From positions 1,207-65,206 of the forward strand of contig JAJRVV010000103.1 in NCBI GenBank assembly GCA_024277135.1: a stretch of DNA of 64,000 bases. The letters are read 5' to 3'. The notes under the pieces were generated by a model. That model did no database searches, was not told the DNA's origin, and saw only the letters and a list, made by a program, of their open reading frames with translations. The stretch comes from Chloroflexota bacterium. GTDB lineage: Bacteria; Chloroflexota; Anaerolineae; Promineifilales; Promineifilaceae. A program made the translations under genes and the position numbers. Below are positions 1 through 7,954 of this stretch, one piece after another. Positions within the stretch are counted from its first letter, which is position 1, and every line of letters starts with the position of its first letter.

Positions 1-118
1 TGGCCGCCGCATACTGCCGGTGTTTCTCCAGCTCTTTCTCTTTGTCAGCGATTAGCGTCAACGTTCCAGCGTCAAATGCTTCTAAAATCTCTCGTTCTTC
101 ATCATCTAGCTTATCCAT
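1..118 (-). CDS. window-edge partial CDS: N-terminal 39 aa of a small antitoxin-like protein
   Basis: Own minus-strand translation MDKLDDEEREILEAFDAGTLTLIADKEKELEKHRQYAAA... ATG at 118 with GGGAGA 5 nt upstream; open to the window edge. The acidic EEREILEAF N-terminus resembles small CopG/BrnA-type antitoxins. Too short for the ORF track. Confidence 0.35.
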   Translation of the reverse strand, partial: MDKLDDEEREILEAFDAGTLTLIADKEKELEKHRQYAAA

Positions 119-187
119 GATTATCTCCCAAGCCAATAGCAGCATGATGTACATCAAATGCCATCACAATTGCGATTTGCACGGCTT

Positions 188-1912
188 TCATCTGTATCGT
201 CTGCTCCAGATGAACAAACCTAACCCCAACAAACCCCCCGCGCCAATGAGCCAGTAGGAATAATTGGAGGCTGGAGATTGGGGGTCAGGGGTCAGGGGTT
301 GGGGAGTAGATGTTGGTTGTTGATTGTTAACTGTTAACTGTTGACTGTTGATTGTTGGCTGTTGATTGTTTAATGTTGCCGTGGGCACGGCCGTCGCCGT
401 CGCCGATAGCGTAAGCGTAGGCGTAGCGGTGGGGGCGCTGGTGGGCGTCGCTGTCGCCGATGGCGTGGCGGTTGCTGTCGCCATGGGTGTTGACGTGGGC
501 GTGTTTGTCGGCGTGGCCGTCGGTGTCGCCGTAGCCGCAGCCGTCGCCGCCGGCGGCGCGCCCGGAACCGAGGGCACGCCGCTGCCGGTGGTGGACTGCA
601 CCAGGTAGTAGGTGGTTCCGCCAATCATGCAATCCTCGCCAATCACCTGGCTGCAAGCGGCGGCGGGCAGGGCGACGGTGAACACGCCGCCGCTGGCGCT
701 GATGATTTGCCGGGCGCCCCATTGGTCGGCCAGCACGGCCGTACTGGCCACCGCCTCCACCTGGGTCGTTTGCGGCGACGGCCGTCGTGAAAACAGCACC
801 GTCGTCGTTTTATCCGCCTGCTCAATCCGAATCTGCCCCACCGTGTCCCACCGCTGCCGCTGCACGGCCGTCATCCCCGACAAATACCGGATCGCCATCT
901 GGTACGCAGTGAACGCCGGGCGGCGGGAGCCATCCATCCGCACCAGTCCAAATGGTTCCGGGTTCGCCGCCACATCGCCGGGGGTGTCCCGCAATTTGAA
1001 AACGGCGATCCGCTGCGCCCCCGCCGCCAGCGCCGCCGCCATCGCCTGCGGCATAAACGCCGCCTGTTCTTGCTGCGAGACGGCCAGCGTCCAGTTGGGC
1101 ACGGGCCACGCCGGGTCATCAATCGGCGGCGCATTCGTCTCCACCAGCCACAGCGGTTTCCAGGGGATGCCCCGGCTGGCGACAGCGCCGTAAAAACTTT
1201 GGATGATGTCGTAGATGCTGTTGGGCTGAAAGTAAAGATGGGCGGTGATGGCGTCGAAATAATAATTGTTGCCCGGCGCGCCGGGATCGGCTACCAGCAC
1301 GTCGAGAAAGCGATAGATGTAGCCGGGGTCCCAAAAGTAGGTGAAAGCGGGCAGGTGGATGACGGCGTTGGGGTTGACCTGCTTGGCGGCGATGTAGGCG
1401 ATGCGCTGCAACTGGAAAAAATCTTCCACCGAGCCGGGCCAGGTGTGACCGGGTGCGTTGGCGTCGCCGATGTCCGGCTCGTTCCAGATGATCCAATGGT
1501 TGATACGGCCGTCATACCGCCCCACCACATTCCGCACATAGACCGCCCAGGTGTTGTTCGGGTCTTCCTGCGGCAGCCAGAGGCCGCGCGGCAGCCCATT
1601 TTCCCAGGCAAAGGGGGCCGTGCCGATGAGCAGCCCCACCACCATGCGCCCGGCGGCGAGTTCGGCGTTGATTTGGGCGTCGCTGACCGAGGGCGTCCAG
1701 GTTCCCGGCCCGCCCGCCTGCGCTTCCGCCCAATGGAAACGCACCCGCGTCCAAGCCGCCCCCAGCGCGTTCGCCGCCGCCGGGTCTTCGTAGCTTTCGA
1801 TGACGCCGAACCGCCAATCCACCGGCGCGGCTGGGGGCGCGGCTTGGGCGGAGGAGAGTTGGGTGACGCCCGTGAGGAGGATGAGTAGTAAAAGGAATTT
1901 AGTGGCTCGCAT
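188..1912 (-). CDS. secreted clan GH-A (TIM-barrel) glycoside-hydrolase-like protein with Thr/Pro linker and C-terminal membrane anchor
   Basis: 574-aa ORF with signal peptide MRATKFLLLLILLTGVTQLSSAQA. IIWNEPD (acid/base) and LWLVETN (nucleophile) motifs are typical of clan GH-A. ATATPTATPTNTPTSTP linker; C-terminal hydrophobic helix followed by RRYR. Confidence 0.6.
   Translation of the reverse strand: MRATKFLLLLILLTGVTQLSSAQAAPPAAPVDWRFGVIESYEDPAAANALGAAWTRVRFHWAEAQAGGPGTWTPSVSDAQINAELAAGRMVVGLLIGTAPFAWENGLPRGLWLPQEDPNNTWAVYVRNVVGRYDGRINHWIIWNEPDIGDANAPGHTWPGSVEDFFQLQRIAYIAAKQVNPNAVIHLPAFTYFWDPGYIYRFLDVLVADPGAPGNNYYFDAITAHLYFQPNSIYDIIQSFYGAVASRGIPWKPLWLVETNAPPIDDPAWPVPNWTLAVSQQEQAAFMPQAMAAALAAGAQRIAVFKLRDTPGDVAANPEPFGLVRMDGSRRPAFTAYQMAIRYLSGMTAVQRQRWDTVGQIRIEQADKTTTVLFSRRPSPQTTQVEAVASTAVLADQWGARQIISASGGVFTVALPAAACSQVIGEDCMIGGTTYYLVQSTTGSGVPSVPGAPPAATAAATATPTATPTNTPTSTPMATATATPSATATPTSAPTATPTLTLSATATAVPTATLNNQQPTINSQQLTVNNQQPTSTPQPLTPDPQSPASNYSYWLIGAGGLLGLGLFIWSRRYR
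281..380. repeat. heptanucleotide tandem arrays (GGGGTCA x3-4, then TGTTGAT/TGTTAAC x10; sense strand CAACAGT-type) inside the 3' end of the hydrolase CDS
   Basis: Read directly: ggggtcaggggtcaggggttggggagtaga, then ten 7-nt units tgttggt tgttgat tgttaac tgttaac tgttgac tgttgat tgttggc tgttgat tgtttaa tgttgcc (311-380). Translated as NNQQPTINSQQLTVNNQQPT. Confidence 0.85.
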
Positions 1913-1926
1913 GGGGAAATTGTCAA

Positions 1927-2799
1927 TTAGTAATTAATAATTAGAAGCTCTTTCACCGGCCCCCGTTTGTTTGCTTTGCTGTTGATGTTGCGCCGCGCCT
2001 GGATTTTGATGAGACGGTAGGGGGGACGGCCGTCATACAGTTCATACACCAGCGGCGCGCTGGAATTGCTTAACATAACCCTGCAATCTCGCGCCGTCAA
2101 ATCGGCGACGACGGCCGCCAACCGTTTCTGGTCGGCGACGGTAAACCCATCCTTGCTGTAGCTGGTGAAGCTGCTGGTGGCGCTCAGCGGCGCGTATGGC
2201 GGATCGAAATAGACGAAGTCCCCTTCCTGGGCGTCGGCCACCGTCTCTTCAAAATCGGCTGCCAGCAGCCGCGCGCCCTGCAAGGCGCGGGCGGCCGCGC
2301 GCAGGCGGCTCTCGTGGCAAATCGTGGGGTTTTTGTACCGGCCAAAGGGGACGTTAAATTCCCCCCGGCTGTTTTCCCGGTAGAGGCCGTTGTAACAGAT
2401 TTTGTTTAGGTAGATCAGCCGGGCGGCGCGCTCGGCCGGGGATAAATCGGCCGGATTCTGGGCGCGGACGGCGTAAAAGTAATCGGCGTCGTTCCGGTGG
2501 GGCTGCAAGGCGCGGATGACGCCGTCCACATTCTGCTGCACCATCCGGTACGCCTCGATGAGTTTGTCGTTTTTATCGGATAGGGTGGCGCGGGGAAATT
2601 GATAATGGAAGAAAACGGCCGCGCCGCCAATGAACGGCTCGAAATAGCGGCGGACGGTGTGCCTGGGCGGGAAATAATCCTGGTATTGGGCCAGAAGCCG
2701 CTGCTTGCCTCCGGCCCATTTGAGGAATGGGGCGGCGTTTTGGATTTTGGATTTTGGATTTTGGATTTTGGATTGGGACGCCAGGCGTTCATCCTTCAT
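1927..2799 (-). CDS. dam: DNA N6-adenine methyltransferase, Dam / D12 class (no cognate nuclease seen)
   Basis: FLKWAGGKQRLL, EPFIGGAAVFF (SAM pocket) and VYFDPPY catalytic motif. There is no alternative start downstream of the 5' repeats, so the SKIQNPKSKIQN tag must be translated. Confidence 0.8.
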   Translation of the reverse strand: MKDERLASQSKIQNPKSKIQNAAPFLKWAGGKQRLLAQYQDYFPPRHTVRRYFEPFIGGAAVFFHYQFPRATLSDKNDKLIEAYRMVQQNVDGVIRALQPHRNDADYFYAVRAQNPADLSPAERAARLIYLNKICYNGLYRENSRGEFNVPFGRYKNPTICHESRLRAAARALQGARLLAADFEETVADAQEGDFVYFDPPYAPLSATSSFTSYSKDGFTVADQKRLAAVVADLTARDCRVMLSNSSAPLVYELYDGRPPYRLIKIQARRNINSKANKRGPVKELLIINY

Positions 2800-2817
2800 C
2801 CTTCAGCCCTCATCCTT
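2738..2817. repeat. heptamer arrays: TTTTGGA x5 (sense AAAATCC) followed by CATCCTT-type (sense GAAGGAT) units, covering the dam start codon
   Basis: ttttggattttggattttggattttggattttggattggg (2738-2777) and catccttcatccttcagccctcatcctt (2789-2817), read directly. Confidence 0.85.
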
Positions 2818-3696
2818 AAAATCGTACAGTCCGTTTTCTACCCGCCAGATGTGGTCGCAGTCGGGGTTGGGGCAGGGGAGACGGCCGTCCACCTCTGTCA
2901 ACGGCGTCTGGCAGGCGGGACAAGCGAAAAAAGCGTCTGGCGCGGCGGTGACGGCCGTGTCCGGGTGCTGGTTTAGCACAAACACGCTGGGGGATAGCTG
3001 CCACCAATTCCCCGTTAGCTGCGCCAGGCTGTCCAGCCCCGCCAGCAGGCGGGTGGGAACCAGCTTCTTTAGCAGCGCTATCCGGTAGTGGGAGACGGTC
3101 AGCATCCGCCCCGGCCCGAACCCGGCGGTTTCCAGTTGGCGTCGAATCCAGCGAGGGTGAAAATCGAAGTTGAGTTCGGCAAATTCCACCGGGTCCAGGG
3201 TGAAAGGCGACCACTCCTGGCGGCGCAGGCCGTAGCGCAAAATCGCTTTCAGGTTTTGTTTGTTGGCGAATTCGAGGATGTAACGGCCGTCTTTGCGGGC
3301 GATGCGGGCCAGTTGTCGGAAAACAGCCGGGGCGTCGGCGGCGTGGTGCAGGGTGCGCACCTGCACGATGGTATCAAACAGCCCGGCCACGAAAGGCATG
3401 GCGTACCAATTACCGGCCACATAGATGAATTTGGGGTCATCCCCCAGCCGCTCTTGGGCTTCGCGCAGCAGGGAGCGGGAGTAATCGAACAGCGCCACCC
3501 GTTCATAGCCGCGATACTCATCGGCCAGACGGCCAAACCCGGCGCCAATTTCGACGAGCGTACCGCCGTTAGACGGCATCAGGCGGCGCAGGGCGATGCG
3601 CTCCACCCGGTCTTCGTAATTTCGGTTTTGATTTTGCCAAAAGCGGGTGCGGTAATCGGACCCTTCGTAATCACATACGGGCGGGGTGTGGTTCAC
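2803..3696 (-). CDS. class I SAM-dependent methyltransferase with C-terminal Trm112-like zinc ribbon
   Basis: LVEIGAGFGRLADEY motif I. C-terminal CPACQTPL...CPNPDCDHIWRVENGLYDF. Only 3 nt from both neighbouring genes. Confidence 0.7.
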   Translation of the reverse strand: MNHTPPVCDYEGSDYRTRFWQNQNRNYEDRVERIALRRLMPSNGGTLVEIGAGFGRLADEYRGYERVALFDYSRSLLREAQERLGDDPKFIYVAGNWYAMPFVAGLFDTIVQVRTLHHAADAPAVFRQLARIARKDGRYILEFANKQNLKAILRYGLRRQEWSPFTLDPVEFAELNFDFHPRWIRRQLETAGFGPGRMLTVSHYRIALLKKLVPTRLLAGLDSLAQLTGNWWQLSPSVFVLNQHPDTAVTAAPDAFFACPACQTPLTEVDGRLPCPNPDCDHIWRVENGLYDFKDEG

Positions 3697-3699
3697 AAG

Positions 3700-4329
3700 C
3701 TACTCGTTACTGCTGACGGGTTCGGGGGTGACGGCCGTGTTCCCGGTCAAAATTCGCTGCATCAGCTCGGCGTTAGAAGATGGCAGGCGGCGTAGAATTT
3801 CGTCCAACGGACCGAACCGTGTTTTTAGCGTGCCGAACGGCTGGCCCAAATCCGTTTGATCCAGCGGGATTTCCACGTTCACATCCAACTGTACCGGGAT
3901 CGTCTGATCCACGGGCACATCCAGATTGAGCGACACCGGCAAGACCATCCCTTTGGGGAGTGATAAGGTAACGGCGCCTTCAATCGCGCCACTGCCGCCG
4001 GACAACACAAAGACAGTGGGCACATTTTGCAGCGCCACCGCCTCTTGCAGCACCACGTTGGTCGTTTGCGACAAGGGCAGCGTGAAGGAAATGGGCATGG
4101 TGTCGCTGACCGGAATGGTCTGTACGATGCTGGCGTCGTCCATCTGCACAAAACTGTCGTTCAGATCGCCCACGATAGGCACGGCGATATCAGACACAAT
4201 GGGGATGATGAGCGGCGCCACCAGCAACAACACGATGATCAATATCAAATTCATCGTGAAGGAAAAAAAGATGGCAAAGTTTTTGAACGCTTGCCACGGT
4301 TGTCCACGCCAGAGCCATTTACGGTTCAT
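3700..4329 (-). CDS. membrane-anchored hypothetical protein (first gene of a tight four-gene operon)
   Basis: 209-aa ORF with N-terminal TM helix (FAIFFSFTMNLILIIVLLLVAPLIIPIV) and normal, protein-like composition. No family recognised. Confidence 0.5.
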   Translation of the reverse strand: MNRKWLWRGQPWQAFKNFAIFFSFTMNLILIIVLLLVAPLIIPIVSDIAVPIVGDLNDSFVQMDDASIVQTIPVSDTMPISFTLPLSQTTNVVLQEAVALQNVPTVFVLSGGSGAIEGAVTLSLPKGMVLPVSLNLDVPVDQTIPVQLDVNVEIPLDQTDLGQPFGTLKTRFGPLDEILRRLPSSNAELMQRILTGNTAVTPEPVSSNE

Positions 4330-4537
4330 CGCCTACCTCCGGTGATGCTGTAGGTTGACATAGTATGATGGCATTATGGTAACACGGTTCGGATAAATAT
4401 CAAGGGGGCGAGGGTAGCGGGTGAAATTATTTCACGTGAAACAATTTTACCCGCCAGCTTCTCTCTGTTTCCCGTGAAACAATTGCGGGAATGAGTGAAT
4501 CAAGTAGAATTGCCACATACCTGTACTGGGAATTGCT

Positions 4538-5707
4538 ATGAGTCATGATATTGCTATCTTTCTCGATCTGGATAACCTCGTCATCGGGGCCAAACAAATC
4601 AACCTGACGTTTGACATCAATCTGATTCTGGATCATATCAAGGAGAAGACGAACGGCCGTGTCGTCCTGCGTCGGTCGTATGGGGGTTGGCGGCAAAGTC
4701 AAAAGTTATTGCAAGACCTAACTAGGGCGGGATTCACCACCCAGTCCACGGTGCGCATCAATAACTTCATCAAAAATTTGGCCGATATGCAAATTGTGGT
4801 GGATGCGATGGATACGCTGGTGGATGGTCATCAGTACAGCGCCTACGTCCTCATCACCGGCGACCGGGATTTTACGCCGCTGGTGCAGTCGCTGCGGAAG
4901 CGGGGCAAGCGGGTGATCGGGGTGGGTATTCGCCCGTCGGCCAGCCTCAGTTTTGTGCAGTTATGTGATGAGTACACTTTTTATGAGGACCTGGTTCCCG
5001 AATCCGCTAAGCCGGGTCTCCAGGTGGGGACGCTGCTGGAGCAGGCGTTGGCTGAATTGCTGAAAGGGAAAAAACGGGTGCGGGCCAGCGTGCTCAATCA
5101 AAAAATGAGGGCGTTGAGCCACGATGTGTTTGACAGTTCGTTTTATTCTCCCAAAAGTTTTCGCCGCTTTTTGGAGCAATATCCCGATTTGGTGGCGGCG
5201 GAACAGGAGGGTTCGACGACGTATGTGCGCTATCCTGTGACGGAAAGAACACGGCCGTTGCCTCTGCGTTACCGGAGTGAGTTGAAGCGGCGTAAGCTGC
5301 GGGTGACGCCGCCCCGGCCACGATTGCGAATTCTCAAGGATTTGATCGTTCATGTCGAGCGGCAACCCGGCGTCCGCTGGCGGCAGTTGGTTGACGAAAT
5401 GTACCAGCAGTATCAGACGGCCGGTTCAGACATCTCCAAAAACATGATCAATGCGGTGATGTTGGCGGCCCGCCACGCCCAAATTTTGCTGACGCAAAAG
5501 GGGCGCGCGCTGGCCTCTGCGCCAGTTTCGCTGGCAGAATGCAGCTCGTTTCAGGAAGCGGTGATCCAGTGCGATGCGGTGTATTTGCGGGAGATTCTGG
5601 AATTGGATGAGCCGTTTGATTTACAGGCGGCGGCAGAGGCTTTGTATGATTCGGCGGCGTACTGCCGTTACCTGAAACAAGTGATGGACAAGTGGGTGGA
5701 GAGTTGA
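4538..5707 (+). CDS. NYN (LabA-like) domain protein with OST-HTH/LOTUS-like region
   Basis: IAIFLDLDNL ... ITGDRDFTPLVQSLRKRGKRVIGVG is the NYN/LabA signature. It is followed by a helical region of OST-HTH type (FYSPKSFRRFLEQYPDLV). Confidence 0.7.
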   Translation: MSHDIAIFLDLDNLVIGAKQINLTFDINLILDHIKEKTNGRVVLRRSYGGWRQSQKLLQDLTRAGFTTQSTVRINNFIKNLADMQIVVDAMDTLVDGHQYSAYVLITGDRDFTPLVQSLRKRGKRVIGVGIRPSASLSFVQLCDEYTFYEDLVPESAKPGLQVGTLLEQALAELLKGKKRVRASVLNQKMRALSHDVFDSSFYSPKSFRRFLEQYPDLVAAEQEGSTTYVRYPVTERTRPLPLRYRSELKRRKLRVTPPRPRLRILKDLIVHVERQPGVRWRQLVDEMYQQYQTAGSDISKNMINAVMLAARHAQILLTQKGRALASAPVSLAECSSFQEAVIQCDAVYLREILELDEPFDLQAAAEALYDSAAYCRYLKQVMDKWVES

Positions 5708-5732
5708 TCCCGCCAGCAATAAGTATCCAGTT

Positions 5733-5797
5733 GTCAGTATTCAGTTGGCGGTTCATACTGGTCACTGGCCACTGATCACTGGTCGCTGAATACTGAC
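5733..5797. repeat. 12-bp perfect inverted repeat (GTCAGTATTCAG / CTGAATACTGAC) enclosing CAGT/ACTGGTC heptamer-type repeats, between convergent genes
   Basis: Read directly. The same word family recurs at 13444-13492. Confidence 0.7.
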
Positions 5798-5804
5798 ATA
5801 CTTC

Positions 5805-6308
5805 TTATACCGCTATCTCCGAACGATGTCCCAGCCCCTTGCTGTTGTCAATGAAATAAAGGCGTGACGGCCGCAGCCGATACCAGTTGACTTTGGTTAG
5901 AGCTTGCGCAATTTGTGGGTTGGGTTGGGCGATGAAGGGGAATTTGCGCAGGTAGCGGGCGACGGCCGTGGCTTTGGCCGCCCCCGTTAATTCAGCGGCT
6001 GTCCCTTCCAGTTGAATGCCTTGAATCTTGGGCCAATCCCGATAATCCTCATGAACGGCCGCCGCCGCCTGGGGCTGGCTGCTCATGTTTTGGGCGTGGC
6101 GGGTGTGTCTGGCGGAGAGGAAGATCAGGTCGAAGCCGTCATTTACGTAAAACAGGGCCGCCGCCCACACCCCGTCCGGCCCCGTCGTAGCCAACGTCAT
6201 CACCCGATGAGTTTGCAGATATTCGAGGGTCTGGCGGCGCAGGTCACTGCTCACGGCCGTGTCCGCCTCCTTGCCAGCGTGTGAATAAATCCTCATCCAG
6301 TTCCACAT
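5805..6308 (-). CDS. pyridoxamine 5'-phosphate oxidase-like FMN-binding split-barrel protein
   Basis: LEYLQTHRVMTLATTGPDGVWAAALFYVNDGFDLIFLS pattern. The start is uncertain; any start that keeps the conserved N-terminus overlaps ubiX by more than 50 nt. Confidence 0.6.
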   Translation of the reverse strand: MWNWMRIYSHAGKEADTAVSSDLRRQTLEYLQTHRVMTLATTGPDGVWAAALFYVNDGFDLIFLSARHTRHAQNMSSQPQAAAAVHEDYRDWPKIQGIQLEGTAAELTGAAKATAVARYLRKFPFIAQPNPQIAQALTKVNWYRLRPSRLYFIDNSKGLGHRSEIAV

Positions 6309-6837
6309 CCAGCAAATCTAAAGCCCGGTTCACCGTCTGGTTCACGATGTCGTCAATCGTTTGCGGCCGGTGATAAAAGGCGGGCATCGGCGGCGCGATG
6401 ATGCCGCCCATCTCTGTCACCTGCGCCATCAGCCGCAGATGGCCCAGGTGCAAGGGGGTCTCCCGCGTCAGCAAGATCAGCCGCCGCCGGTCTTTGAGGG
6501 TGACGTCGGCCGCGCGTAGCAGCAGGTTGTCGCTGAACGAGTGGGCGATGCCGGCCAACGTTTTCATCGAACAGGGGGCGACTGCCATCCCGTCCGTTTG
6601 GAAGGAGCCGGAGGCGATGGCGGCGGCGATGTTTTTGAAGCTATAGGCCGCGTCGGCCAGGGCGGTCACCTCATCCGGGGTGTACGCCGTTTCCAGGCGC
6701 AGGGTGGCGGCGGCGGCCGTGCTCATCACCAGGTGGGTCTCCACATCAGCCACATTGCCCAACACCTCTAACAGCCGGACGCCATAAATGACGCCGCTGG
6801 CGCCCGAAATACCGATAATAATCCGTCTCTTACTCAT
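6244..6837 (-). CDS. ubiX: flavin prenyltransferase UbiX
   Basis: RIIIGISGASGVIYGVRLLEVL N-terminus and full-length UbiX/Pad1-like sequence. Confidence 0.85.
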   Translation of the reverse strand: MSKRRIIIGISGASGVIYGVRLLEVLGNVADVETHLVMSTAAAATLRLETAYTPDEVTALADAAYSFKNIAAAIASGSFQTDGMAVAPCSMKTLAGIAHSFSDNLLLRAADVTLKDRRRLILLTRETPLHLGHLRLMAQVTEMGGIIAPPMPAFYHRPQTIDDIVNQTVNRALDLLDVELDEDLFTRWQGGGHGREQ

Positions 6838-6952
6838 CCTTCACCCCTCATCCTTCATCCTTTTGCCGGGATTAGTGGCTGGAAAGCGAAAATGCTTTTA
6901 CAATGGCGCGGCACGGCCCTTTTCCGGCGTGACGCAAACAAAAGGATACCAC

Positions 6953-7906
6953 ATGAAATCACATTTTATCTCAGACTTGCGCATTGGCGACGAATTGGAT
7001 AACGAACCTTTCCTGGTGCGGGACATGGTGCGGCGGACGACGAAGGACGGCCGTCCCTTTCTACTCTACACATTGGGCGATAAAACAGGGCAGGAAGCGG
7101 CCGTTTTTTGGGACGTACCCGACTACATCCAAAGCTGGATCAAAACCGGTGTGGTAGCGCTGGTGACGGGCCGGGTCGTCAGCTATAAAGACGCGCTGCA
7201 AATCACCACCACCGACCTCAACCTCAGCTCTCAGCATGACATGGCTGATTTCTTGCCGGCCAGCAAGCGAGAACGAGAGGAAATGGTGGCTGAACTACAC
7301 CAATTCGTAGCTGATTTGGCCCAGCCGTGGCAGGGGTTGGTGCGCCAGCTTTTGCTAAGTGAGGCGTTTCTGCCCCAATTTGCCAGCGCCCCGGCGGCGC
7401 GCGGTTTCCACCACGCCTTCATCGGCGGCTTGCTGGAACACACGCTTAGCATGACCCGCCTGGCCGTCTATCTGGCAGACTCTTACCCTTATGTCAACAA
7501 AGACTTGCTGGTGGCGGGCACGCTTTTGCATGACATGGGCAAGGTGATCGAATATGAAACGGCCGCCGGATTCTCGTTCACGGATGACGGCCGTCTGGTC
7601 GGTCACATCGTCCGCGCCATCACCATGATTGAAAAAGCCGCCGCCGAACCGGGAATGCTGTCCGCCGAGCAGTTACGCCAACTGGTTCACCTGGTGGTTT
7701 CCCATCATGGCAAGCAGGAGTGGGGATCGCCGGTCGTGCCCAAAACGCTGGAAGCCGTTATCCTGCACCAAATTGACATGCTGGACAGCCGGGTGCAGGG
7801 TTTCTATGACCATGTGCGGGCCAACGACAGTGTGGATGGCTGGACGGTCAAAAGCAGCTTGATGTTTGGCACAGATTTAATGAGGCCGGATGGTATGGCG
7901 GAGTGA
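6953..7906 (+). CDS. yhaM: OB-fold + HD-domain 3'-5' exoribonuclease, YhaM family
   Basis: HHAFIGGLLEHTLSM and LLHDMGKV HD motifs after an N-terminal OB-like region. Start moved to the ATG at 6953 (MKSHFISDL); the track's upstream extension translates the GAAGGAT repeat. Confidence 0.7.
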   Translation: MKSHFISDLRIGDELDNEPFLVRDMVRRTTKDGRPFLLYTLGDKTGQEAAVFWDVPDYIQSWIKTGVVALVTGRVVSYKDALQITTTDLNLSSQHDMADFLPASKREREEMVAELHQFVADLAQPWQGLVRQLLLSEAFLPQFASAPAARGFHHAFIGGLLEHTLSMTRLAVYLADSYPYVNKDLLVAGTLLHDMGKVIEYETAAGFSFTDDGRLVGHIVRAITMIEKAAAEPGMLSAEQLRQLVHLVVSHHGKQEWGSPVVPKTLEAVILHQIDMLDSRVQGFYDHVRANDSVDGWTVKSSLMFGTDLMRPDGMAE

Positions 7907-7954
7907 TCGGGTGTGGACAACGAATGTGGGAAAGAACGAATTTCTCAGAGTAAA

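Noticed and set aside
1070-1888. Long antisense or out-of-frame ORFs overlapping well-supported genes. Examples: 1070-1888(+), 3088-3795(+), 9477-10061(+), 13466-14446(+), 17867-18736(-), 21096-22010(+), 22437-23183(+), 44045-44659(-), 46054-46779(+), 46919-47794(+), 48567-49538(+), 56497-57393(+), 61482-62126 alternative frames.
   Set aside because: They are Arg/Pro/Gly/Ala-rich low-information translations typical of shadow frames in GC-rich DNA. They lack RBSs and recognisable motifs, and each overlaps a frame with clear family signatures.
4427-4702. Track ORF 4427-4702(-), 91 aa.
   Set aside because: It overlaps the 5' end of the well-supported NYN gene on the opposite strand. No RBS and no recognisable family.
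6788-6952. N-terminal extensions proposed by the track for yhaM-like (6788), pgk (17573), TlpA-like (20336), hom (43952), LCP (50113), MFS (51774), glgA (57420), LysM-LTD (58688), nfo (59781), pgl (62964) and the lipoprotein (27330).
   Set aside because: The extensions run through repeat arrays or upstream genes. Internal ATGs with good RBSs coincide with the conserved N-termini, signal peptides or lipoboxes.
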